Assembly (NCBI GenBank): GCA_041666525.1
Contig: JBAYGT010000001.1
Location: 334,426 to 398,425 of the forward strand
Direction of reading: 5' to 3'
Length of the DNA stretch: 64,000 nt
Origin: Negativicutes bacterium
GTDB taxonomy: Bacteria > Bacillota > Negativicutes > JBAXTZ01
In this document: positions 28,435 to 36,412 of the stretch, in pieces
Position numbering within the stretch: position 1 is the stretch's first letter
Layout: every line of letters begins with the position of its first letter
The notes under the pieces: model-generated
What the model saw: only the letters and a program-made list of their open reading frames with translations
Told to the model about the DNA's origin: nothing
Databases searched by the model: none
Position numbers and translations under genes: made by a program

Positions 28435-29727
28435 TTACTTGACGACCGGCGGCAAATATAACCCCAGCCAATATAGCACATTAATAAGTATTCCAGTGAA
28501 AATCGCACCCACCGGCCCAACTGCCATTTCGACTAACGGTTTCTTGGTAGTTTTGTTTAACACATATATTCCCACTACAACAAATAACCCCAACCCTGGT
28601 GCCATGTTATGCGCCGCCAGCATCCCGCCAACCAACAACGCCACTTCTAAAACTTTGGTCATCGAAGTTCGGATATTGTCGCCGCACTTTCTCATCCCGG
28701 GGAATTTATCCAACATTTTCGCCGCCAGGTTTAGCAACATGATTTCCGCAAACATAATCAAGGCGCCAACAAAAAAAGCAATAAACGGATTTTTAATCAG
28801 AAATCCGGCTACAAAAATAAACGTCATTCCTATCGGACTATACACCCCGGTAGTAATCGCCGTAGTTGCAAGCAGCGGAATGAAACCTAACCCACGAGCG
28901 AAAGCAGTCATCGCAGCTTCGGTAGTTTTTCCACTAGCAGCTAAATTAAGCGAAATCGGATCACCGGCAATCATTAAATATGAGGTGGCGGCTGTAGCCA
29001 AACCACCAGTAAACGACAGCACCAGCGCATTTTTGCGAATTCGTTTCATCCGTTCACTGAAAATTGATGCTAAATCAATTTGCATTGCATTCGGATCAGA
29101 TTTTTCACGCAATGCAAAAAACAACATGATTATCATCCCGGCAAGCAGTGCCATTCCTTCCGGATCAATACTTAACTTAGCACCGGCAATGTTGAATTTT
29201 CCGTAATATACGAACCATTGCCGCACCATAAATGAAGCGACAAAGGTCATAATACCTTTCTTTATTCCATATTGCAGCGCCACCACCAACGCCGGAAACG
29301 CCGCAAAAGAAACAATTATTGGCGTGCCAACCATCCCCATGCTCGGCAGAAAATTTATCGGCAGCAACTTAAATGCCGTAACGACAAATTGCAAACCAAT
29401 AACGATACCAACTCCATACAACGCACCAAACACTAGCGCCAGCAATGAACCGCTTTTGCCTTTTGGTGACCAGGTTCCAATGATATCGGTTCCAAGTAAA
29501 ATACTATGCACTAAAATTACCGAAGCTGCTAGCGATACCGGTATTCCAAAACCGATTACTAACCCAAAACTTAGCGCAAAACTGGTTGCCGCCAAAGCTT
29601 TTTTATCCATGCGGCCTTCAATATATTCTGGCATAATCGGCCGTAATCCGTCATGAAACACTGCAATACCGCGTTGCGCCAGCAACGCCGACGTAGCACC
29701 TAATAAAGCAATGAAGATATAGTTCAT
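28435..29727 (-). CDS. yhfT: YhfT-like polytopic membrane (putative transport) protein, paralog 1
   Basis: 430 aa. LAQRGIAVFHDGLRPIMPEYIEGRM... and the C-terminal ILINVLYWLGLY are colinear with E. coli YhfT. RBS GGAGG. Confidence 0.85.
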   Translation of the reverse strand: MNYIFIALLGATSALLAQRGIAVFHDGLRPIMPEYIEGRMDKKALAATSFALSFGLVIGFGIPVSLAASVILVHSILLGTDIIGTWSPKGKSGSLLALVFGALYGVGIVIGLQFVVTAFKLLPINFLPSMGMVGTPIIVSFAAFPALVVALQYGIKKGIMTFVASFMVRQWFVYYGKFNIAGAKLSIDPEGMALLAGMIIMLFFALREKSDPNAMQIDLASIFSERMKRIRKNALVLSFTGGLATAATSYLMIAGDPISLNLAASGKTTEAAMTAFARGLGFIPLLATTAITTGVYSPIGMTFIFVAGFLIKNPFIAFFVGALIMFAEIMLLNLAAKMLDKFPGMRKCGDNIRTSMTKVLEVALLVGGMLAAHNMAPGLGLFVVVGIYVLNKTTKKPLVEMAVGPVGAIFTGILINVLYWLGLYLPPVVK

Positions 29728-29763
29728 AGTTCCTCCGTTAATAAAGCTTTATGATGACAACTC

Positions 29764-30117
29764 TCATTCAAAATATTTATTCAAATGCAAAAATATATAG
29801 CCCTGTTCTGAATCTGGTAAGTTAATTTCAAATAGTTTTTCGATTTCTGCCATAGCCAGGAGGCTTTTAGAAAATGCGGCTGACTGCTCAATTTCAGTAA
29901 TAATTATTCTGTCTAGCGCCTGCAAATTCTCGCTTTCACGCACGCGCTTTAACGTCATGGCAAAGTGAGTAATAAACATACCGGCATTTTCTTCAGTAAG
30001 TTCAATTTGCCACAACTCTGCAAACATTGCTAACATTTCTGTCAATTTGGCTGCTTCAGTCGAAGTTATTTGTTCGGTATCGGCCAAAAGTTTAATTCTG
30101 AACGGTAAATCAATCAT
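29764..30117 (-). CDS. yhfY: PRD-domain-only protein (YhfY-like)
   Basis: About 117 aa and all-helical. Size and position match E. coli YhfY. Start set to the ATG at 30117, because the track start at 30123 is the GTG of the GAGGTG RBS. Confidence 0.6.
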   Translation of the reverse strand: MIDLPFRIKLLADTEQITSTEAAKLTEMLAMFAELWQIELTEENAGMFITHFAMTLKRVRESENLQALDRIIITEIEQSAAFSKSLLAMAEIEKLFEINLPDSEQGYIFLHLNKYFE

Positions 30118-30148
30118 GAACACCTCGCATAAAATTCACTCAGGTATT

Positions 30149-30176
30149 ATTCGTTATAAACTAAGATTTTTCCTGC
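30149..30176 (-). promoter_or_regulatory. Sigma-H-type promoter (site E) immediately upstream of the php-like operon
   Basis: The minus strand reads GCAGGAAAAATCTTAGTTTATAACGAAT, that is AGGAAAA, 15 nt, then GAAT. The -35 element overlaps the last codons and stop of the Kv channel gene. Confidence 0.5.
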
Positions 30177-30958
30177 AAATAATGTTGTATTTCTTCACTT
30201 TTGTTTTCTTGCTGCGCATTGCGCTTTAGCGCAATCAACACTGAATACATAGCATCGATATCGTTGATAGACAGTGACTCAAATTTTCCTAAATCCGTGA
30301 TAATTTGATTCACCGTTTCACCCGCAAAGCTTTTTTTATTTTTGTGACGCAGCAAAAAGCTGGCTACATTTGCAGTTAAAGCACTGATTAAACCAATTCC
30401 AATAAACATCAGTACCACAGCAACAATCCTGCCTTCACCCGATTTTGGCGAAAGATCACCGTAGCCGACTGTAGTAATCGTAACGAATGACCACCAGAGC
30501 GCATCTTCTAAAGACATATTTTCGAAACGGGAAATGATTACTGTGCCGATTGTCATTAACATTATTGTCAAAATAAACAGGTAATGAAAGTCGTTTTTCA
30601 GAGCAAGTGTGCTAAATTGTTTAAGCGAATTAGAAAAACGCGATACTACCCTGAGCAAATAAACGACACGCAGTATCCGCAATGTCCGTAATCCCGGCAT
30701 GAAAGCTCCGAATGGAATGATTGATATCAAGTCAATCGGATTTCCAGTAATAAATTTTCTTCGATTGTCGGATAAATACAATCTGACAAAATAATCTATA
30801 ACGAAAACTACCCATATGGCCCAATCAATTGCCTTGACCACGTTTATTTCTGCTTCGCTAAGCGTGCCTTCCTTTGCCAGCACAACGTTCATCAATACAA
30901 TAGCAGCCAGTATCGGAATAACGATATTATAAATTGTAACCAGTCGATTTTTATTCAT
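30161..30958 (-). CDS. Voltage-gated-type potassium channel (6TM, Kv-like)
   Basis: S4-like segment LRTLRILRVVYLLRVVSRF and selectivity filter TTVGYGD. Confidence 0.8.
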   Translation of the reverse strand: MNKNRLVTIYNIVIPILAAIVLMNVVLAKEGTLSEAEINVVKAIDWAIWVVFVIDYFVRLYLSDNRRKFITGNPIDLISIIPFGAFMPGLRTLRILRVVYLLRVVSRFSNSLKQFSTLALKNDFHYLFILTIMLMTIGTVIISRFENMSLEDALWWSFVTITTVGYGDLSPKSGEGRIVAVVLMFIGIGLISALTANVASFLLRHKNKKSFAGETVNQIITDLGKFESLSINDIDAMYSVLIALKRNAQQENKSEEIQHYLQEKS

Positions 30959-31000
30959 ATTACTATCCTCAAAGAAATTTGCGTTCCCTGGAAATAAACA

Positions 31001-32362
31001 TTACTTTGTAATTTTTTCTTTCACCCAATAACCAATATACAGCAAAGCTACTGCAGCTAATCCAGAAATCAGGGTTACTTGTTGATTGGGATCAAAATAC
31101 AGCGCGCCGATTACCACAAAATTAAAAATAACCGATAAAACCGGCACCACTGGATAAAAAGGTGTGCGGTATTCCAAATCAGCGACTTTTTCGCCATTTT
31201 TTGCCAATTCACGTCTAAACGAAAAATGACAAAGTGAAATAATTATCCAGACCAACGATCCAGAAATCCCCGTACAAGCCATTAGCCAAATATACACCGT
31301 ACCCGCCGCATATTTTTGGGTGAGTAGTGACAACGCTGCAACTGCCAGCGTTAAAAACATTCCCATATATGGCACACCACGGCTGTTTACTTTAGCAAAA
31401 AACTTTGGTGCCATACCCTCGTTGGCCATTGACCATAATAATCGCGAGCAAGCATAAAGCGCGCCATTATTGGCAGATAACGCCGAAGTCAAAACCACAA
31501 ATGACATCAAAGAATAAGCAATCGGCAAACCGGCCATACTGAACACAACCGCAAATGGGCTTTCCAACACTCCCGCGTCTTTCCAAGGCACGATGGCTGC
31601 CAGCGCCGCAACAGACAAAATATAAAACAAAATTATTCTAACACCGACACCATTAATTACGCGTGGTACATTTTTCCCAGGATTTTCGCATTCTCCGGCA
31701 GCAATACCAATCAACTCTGCACCTTGAAATGAATAAACTACCGCAATCATCGTAAGAAATACTGCGGAAAAACCGTTAGGAAACAAGCCATCTGCCACAA
31801 AGTTTTTCCAGCCAACAATCGAGCTGCTGCTTGGCACTACGCCAAAAATCATCAATGCGCCGATGATTACAAAGCAAACTATCGCAATTACTTTTATCCC
31901 GGCAAACCAAAATTCGGTTTCACCATAGGCTTTGGCCGAAATCATATTGATAAATGCCAGCACTATTGCAAATATTGCGCACCATATCCAGACGGGTATC
32001 GATGGCAAAAATGAATTCATTATTATTCCAGCTGCTGTAAAACCGGCGGTAGCCGCTAACGCCCAATTCAGCCAATACATCCAGCCGCAAACGAAACCAG
32101 TTCCCGGACTCAGATATTTTACAGCGTACTGATAAAAAGAACCGGTAACAGGTTCCTTAACCGCCATTTCGGCCAAACTTAACAGCACCATGAACATAAC
32201 CAAACCGCCAAATGCAAAAGCAATTATTGCTCCCAGCGGACCGGCAGCTCCAATTGTAGCTCCGGCGCCCAGAAACAATCCAGTGCCAATGGTACCGCCG
32301 ATGCTGATCATCATAATGTGCCGTGACTTCATGCTGCGTTTTAATTCTTTTCCCTGAGCCAT
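31001..32362 (-). CDS. Amino acid permease (APC superfamily, AAT family)
   Basis: The MAQGKELKRSMKSRHIMMISIGGTIGTGLF signature. Start set to the ATG at 32362 (GGAGG upstream); the 19-aa N-terminal extension in the track is unlikely to be real. Confidence 0.85.
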   Translation of the reverse strand: MAQGKELKRSMKSRHIMMISIGGTIGTGLFLGAGATIGAAGPLGAIIAFAFGGLVMFMVLLSLAEMAVKEPVTGSFYQYAVKYLSPGTGFVCGWMYWLNWALAATAGFTAAGIIMNSFLPSIPVWIWCAIFAIVLAFINMISAKAYGETEFWFAGIKVIAIVCFVIIGALMIFGVVPSSSSIVGWKNFVADGLFPNGFSAVFLTMIAVVYSFQGAELIGIAAGECENPGKNVPRVINGVGVRIILFYILSVAALAAIVPWKDAGVLESPFAVVFSMAGLPIAYSLMSFVVLTSALSANNGALYACSRLLWSMANEGMAPKFFAKVNSRGVPYMGMFLTLAVAALSLLTQKYAAGTVYIWLMACTGISGSLVWIIISLCHFSFRRELAKNGEKVADLEYRTPFYPVVPVLSVIFNFVVIGALYFDPNQQVTLISGLAAVALLYIGYWVKEKITK

Positions 32363-32422
32363 AAAACCTCCAAAACAAAATGCGCTCTTCCAAAATAACG
32401 GAAGAGCGCAATAATTCATACT

Positions 32423-32920
32423 CTAATTTTCCTCCGAAGGCTTTCGTTTCATGCTGGTTTTTATTTTTTTAGTTTCTTTTTTGATATACTTTGCCAGCTT
32501 TCCACCTGCCTCTTTTACTCGGCGACCGGTAGCAACGCGGGTACGTGACTTTGGCTTCATGTCTTTCTGTTCACCAAAATCACCGCGTTTAAGATTGGTA
32601 ATTTTAATTTTCTCCGGCTTAAACGCCTTTCGCAACAAATTTCGCACCGGTGTTAAATCAGCGTTTTCTGTAGCGGTATAGATATCGATTGCCGCAAATT
32701 TTAGTTCACTATAAGAATGAATGCTAACATATACGCAACCCAATGTTGCCAACACATGGGTGCACTCACCGTTACTAAACGATTTGGCCTTAAACTCCTC
32801 ATTATTCATTAGCGCTGCAACGGACTCAACTGCCGCTATCAACTCTTTCTCATTGCCTAAATCAATATTTTTGCAATTATACAAATCCATCACTAAGTGA
32901 CGAGCTATCGGTGTTTTCAT
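32423..32920 (-). CDS. S-adenosylmethionine-decarboxylase-fold (SpeH-like) protein lacking the pyruvoyl-forming Ser, with a Lys/Arg-rich C-terminal tail
   Basis: ARHLVMDLYNC and VSIHSYSELKFAAIDIYT align with class 1 AdoMetDC ([35 protein letters not shown]). The ES cleavage dipeptide is CV here (TGC GTA at 32732-32737). Start at the ATG at 32920 (GGGAGG upstream). Confidence 0.6.
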   Translation of the reverse strand: MKTPIARHLVMDLYNCKNIDLGNEKELIAAVESVAALMNNEEFKAKSFSNGECTHVLATLGCVYVSIHSYSELKFAAIDIYTATENADLTPVRNLLRKAFKPEKIKITNLKRGDFGEQKDMKPKSRTRVATGRRVKEAGGKLAKYIKKETKKIKTSMKRKPSEEN

Positions 32921-32949
32921 AATGCCTCCCAATTGAACTTAATGCAGTA

Positions 32950-32978
32950 ATTATAACAGATGTGTCTACATTATCCAA
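32950..32978 (-). promoter_or_regulatory. Sigma-A-type promoter for the AdoMetDC-like/permease unit
   Basis: Minus strand TTGGAT, 17 nt, then TATAAT. Confidence 0.45.
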
Positions 32979-32997
32979 ACGACGGCACTGAATAACT

Positions 32998-34251
32998 CTA
33001 ATCAACTTGCAATCGCGGCAACGTCGACCCGCCAAAAGGCATAACGATTACTTTAGCAGCTTCTCCATGCTTGGCAAGCGCAACATCAAAGGCAAAGTCC
33101 AAATCATTATATGGCTTCATAAATAAAGCTTCTACCAACTCTGGTTTCAAATCCGAAACAAGAAATATTTCGTTTTTTTCCAACACGAGCGCAATAGCAG
33201 CGGCCTTATGTCCACCGAGAACAAATTCCCGTTTAATGCGAAAGATTAAATCACCGGGACACTGTGCCTGGAGTAACCATTCTTCAAAAACTTCTTCACC
33301 CAATCCTTCTTTGCAGGATGCCAGCAAAATTATCGTGCCGCCATCGCAGACTGCATGTTTAGCGTTATCCAAAGCTTTTTGCGCCTGATATACATTGATG
33401 TCCTTCGGCCAGCCGCCGGCAGAAACCAAAACTATATCGGCTTTTTCTTCAATGGATATCTTGTAAATAGCATCTAAAAACTCGCAACCGGCAAGATGCG
33501 CCTTGACGCAATTTCCGGCCACTGCTTTAATTATTTCTTTTTTTTCGCTCAAGACGACATTTAAAATAAAGTCCACCGGGCAATATCTTAATACTTCGTC
33601 GATATCCAACCGCACCGGATTGTCCATGATATTTCCGGCGTGCGCTGCAGCTTCCACCATTCGTTTATGATTAGCTTGGATGGCTACGCGGGTAGAAACT
33701 CCTGGCATAATCGCTTTGGCGCCGCCGCTGTAACCAGCGAAATAGTGAAACTCAATATTACCGACACAAATTCTTTTTTGAGCTTCTGCCACATGTTTAC
33801 AAATTTCCAGCGGTGTGCCATAACTAGAAATCCCCATATTAACAAAACCATTACTACCAGAATCCACACAACGGTAAGTGTCGTAGATATCCGGTCCAAC
33901 CAAATTAATCATTTCCGCCTCAGAATGATTCCGATGACTTCCCAAAGCAAACACAATAGTAATATTTTCAGTTTTCACACCGGCGAGAACCAATCTGCAC
34001 AATAACTGCGGCAAAATAAGTTTATTGGGAACCGGACGAGTTATGTCACTAGTGACTATGGCAATTTTATCTTCCGCGCTAAACAATTCCTCGATTGACT
34101 GCGATTCAATCGGGTTGTCCAGCGCCCATTCGATTTCATCTTCATTAATCAACCCTGTTTCGTATTCATTTGGCGTAAGGATTTGCAAAAGGTTTATGTC
34201 CGGTATATCAATAATTTTTTTCTCTTTGCCAAAATTCAGCGTGATGTTCAT
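32998..34251 (-). CDS. LarA-family nickel-pincer-cofactor-dependent 2-hydroxyacid racemase/epimerase (DUF2088)
   Basis: 417 aa with ALGSHRNH and FHYFAGYSGGAKAIMPG (the Lys context for cofactor tethering), characteristic of lactate racemase homologs. Confidence 0.75.
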   Translation of the reverse strand: MNITLNFGKEKKIIDIPDINLLQILTPNEYETGLINEDEIEWALDNPIESQSIEELFSAEDKIAIVTSDITRPVPNKLILPQLLCRLVLAGVKTENITIVFALGSHRNHSEAEMINLVGPDIYDTYRCVDSGSNGFVNMGISSYGTPLEICKHVAEAQKRICVGNIEFHYFAGYSGGAKAIMPGVSTRVAIQANHKRMVEAAAHAGNIMDNPVRLDIDEVLRYCPVDFILNVVLSEKKEIIKAVAGNCVKAHLAGCEFLDAIYKISIEEKADIVLVSAGGWPKDINVYQAQKALDNAKHAVCDGGTIILLASCKEGLGEEVFEEWLLQAQCPGDLIFRIKREFVLGGHKAAAIALVLEKNEIFLVSDLKPELVEALFMKPYNDLDFAFDVALAKHGEAAKVIVMPFGGSTLPRLQVD

Positions 34252-34310
34252 CTGTCAATCTCCTGCTTCTTAATCTTCCAAATCTATCTGATACTCAGTT
34301 ACAATCGAGT

Positions 34311-36227
34311 TTAACGCACAAAATCGACAGGAGAAAATTCGAACGACTGGACATCTAACCAGGTAGTAAGGTTGAAAAAAGCATTATATGTTCCGCGGGG
34401 CAAAGGAGTATTAATATTAAACTTTAAGTCATCCAACGAACTGATATTAATTGTCCCGCTATCTACTTCTACAACTTTTTCGTCTGCTCCAATCTGTTCT
34501 TGTATCAAGGTAATTGAATCTCCGGGTTTAACCTCATAAATATTAATTCCGCCTTGTGCTGCAACCTTCATATTAAGCACGGTACCATTGGGATATTCAG
34601 AACTTACCAGCACCATCAATGCACCACTGCTTACTTCGCCTTCGTGGTTTATTTTCACCGGTAACATAAATTGTTCGGCACCGGTGGTTCTGTTAACCCC
34701 GGACGGAGAAGGCGTGGTCACATTGTAGCCGTTTACCGTCCACCATTGTGGCTGTCTAAAAGTCGACAACACGCCAGTAGTCGGGTCAATCACGGCGCCG
34801 GCTTTTGTGGAATAAAACACTCCGTCTTTCACCAGCAACAAATCCACATTGCGCACCCAGGCAATATCTTCTTTTTGGACGACAGGTTGATCACTACTGT
34901 TTTTGTTAATGCGAATTTTTTCCTGGCGTTTGCTTTTGATTTTTGTGGCAAATTCATTCGTAAATTTTAAATACTCATCATCGTAGCCAATGGTCTTATA
35001 TATATTTTGGTTGTCTGCCATAACTTCGTCGCTCGCTCTTAATGGACAATAAATTGACAATCCGTAACCCAAACGGTTAAGTCCCTCACCCTGAAGAATC
35101 ACGTTGTCCAGCAATCTGTCAATTTCTTTACCCTGACTCTCACTAACATTGGCTGAAAAACCAAACAGGTCGACTAAGTCGTGCGCCGAACTGTCTTCGG
35201 TAGTGCCAAAGGACTCAGCCTGAGCGCGGGCTTTTACCAACGCCAAAAAGCCGGAATCAGTTTTCAGCATACCCGAAAAGCTTACTGCCATTTTACCAAT
35301 CCCGGAATTCAAGTCATCAATTTTGGACATGTCAATTAACGACGCAGTGGCAGCGTCTTTTTCCCGGGTTTTGTCCTTTTCTTTCCAGGACTGTTCCAGC
35401 CACTGTTCGCGTTTATCCATATAAGTATTAACTATACATTCGCCTATTGTATCATTTGCAGCCTGCGGGTTTTCTACCAGCCACCCCAGCCACTCCTTCC
35501 AAGCCCAACCAGTCGCCACATCTTCAGACGCTACCAGATACCGCCCTTCGCTTTTTAGTGAATTGGCAATTTCTACTTCAGCGTTAAGACAGGTATCAAA
35601 ACTAATAATGTCCAGCGCATTGCCGGTGCTCGCCCTTGCTGATTTTATTGCCTGTTTAATAGCGTTAAGGCCCATCGCTGCCTGTTCAAAATTGGCATCA
35701 GCGCCGATACCCCAGTTGCAGCCGCCGCCATGCGCCCACATCACCAAAATATAGCGGTCTGCCGGATAACTTTTTTCACCCCAGACAATGAAATCTTGCA
35801 GGGTTTTCGCTTCGGCCATCGATATTTTCCCGGGAGTGCCTAGCAGCTTAATACCGTCGTTGTCTTTGTCAGCAGCCACTATCAGGTATCGTTGCACAAG
35901 CGAGTTGCTGATGTTTTTTTCAGGAATTTTATCATTGTACCACCATTTAGTGCTGCCGCCGGTTTGCACCAGTACCTTAACCTTGTCGCTGGCACCTACA
36001 CCGCTATTTATCATATTATTGATATCATTAGTTGCCATTCCATTGTTTCCCTCAAGATCAGTGCCAATTATGTAAACCAAGACCGTAGTTTTTCCGGCGT
36101 TTTCACTGAGCACCGGATTATTGCTCGACGGTGCATTGAAATTATTTTGGTTTTCAGCAAAAACCGGTATACTTACCAGACTAAAAAATAATGCAAAAAT
36201 TACTAAAGTCAACGCTATTCTTTTCAT
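34311..36227 (-). CDS. Secreted clostripain-like cysteine peptidase (family C11) with a C-terminal extension
   Basis: Signal peptide MKRIALTLVIFALFFSLVSIPVFA. Has the His-Gly and Cys dyad contexts (VMWAHGGG, ISFDTCLN) typical of C11/clan CD. About 200 additional C-terminal residues are of unknown fold. Confidence 0.7.
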   Translation of the reverse strand: MKRIALTLVIFALFFSLVSIPVFAENQNNFNAPSSNNPVLSENAGKTTVLVYIIGTDLEGNNGMATNDINNMINSGVGASDKVKVLVQTGGSTKWWYNDKIPEKNISNSLVQRYLIVAADKDNDGIKLLGTPGKISMAEAKTLQDFIVWGEKSYPADRYILVMWAHGGGCNWGIGADANFEQAAMGLNAIKQAIKSARASTGNALDIISFDTCLNAEVEIANSLKSEGRYLVASEDVATGWAWKEWLGWLVENPQAANDTIGECIVNTYMDKREQWLEQSWKEKDKTREKDAATASLIDMSKIDDLNSGIGKMAVSFSGMLKTDSGFLALVKARAQAESFGTTEDSSAHDLVDLFGFSANVSESQGKEIDRLLDNVILQGEGLNRLGYGLSIYCPLRASDEVMADNQNIYKTIGYDDEYLKFTNEFATKIKSKRQEKIRINKNSSDQPVVQKEDIAWVRNVDLLLVKDGVFYSTKAGAVIDPTTGVLSTFRQPQWWTVNGYNVTTPSPSGVNRTTGAEQFMLPVKINHEGEVSSGALMVLVSSEYPNGTVLNMKVAAQGGINIYEVKPGDSITLIQEQIGADEKVVEVDSGTINISSLDDLKFNINTPLPRGTYNAFFNLTTWLDVQSFEFSPVDFVR

Positions 36228-36336
36228 AACGCCTCCGTTTTTTCATTACATTAATTGTACACAGATTTTCTCAAAAATGATATTTACACCGCAATTATAG
36301 CAGGGTTACTTCAAATTTTCCTTTAATGTATATATT

Positions 36337-36364
36337 ATTCTACAAAAATACGCCATTTTCCTGC
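36337..36364 (-). promoter_or_regulatory. Sigma-H-type promoter (site B) upstream of the C11 peptidase gene
   Basis: The minus strand reads GCAGGAAAATGGCGTATTTTTGTAGAAT, that is AGGAAAA, 15 nt, then GAAT. Confidence 0.5.
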
Positions 36365-36399
36365 AAAAAAATAAAGCTTCCGAAGAACGGAAGCTTTAT
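36365..36399 (-). terminator. Rho-independent terminator closing the iol operon
   Basis: Minus strand ATAAAGCTTCCG-TTCTT-CGGAAGCTTTAT followed by TTTTTTT. Confidence 0.8.
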
Positions 36400-36412
36400 T
36401 AATTGATTAATC

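Noticed and set aside
28133-29206. A 357-aa ORF on the plus strand, the longest antisense ORF in the window.
   Set aside because: It lies entirely antisense to the YhfT-like gene and the end of php, both of which have clear homologs. Its translation is low-complexity (Ser/Thr/Pro/Asn/Ile-rich), as expected for the reverse frame of a hydrophobic membrane-protein gene. It has no RBS or promoter.
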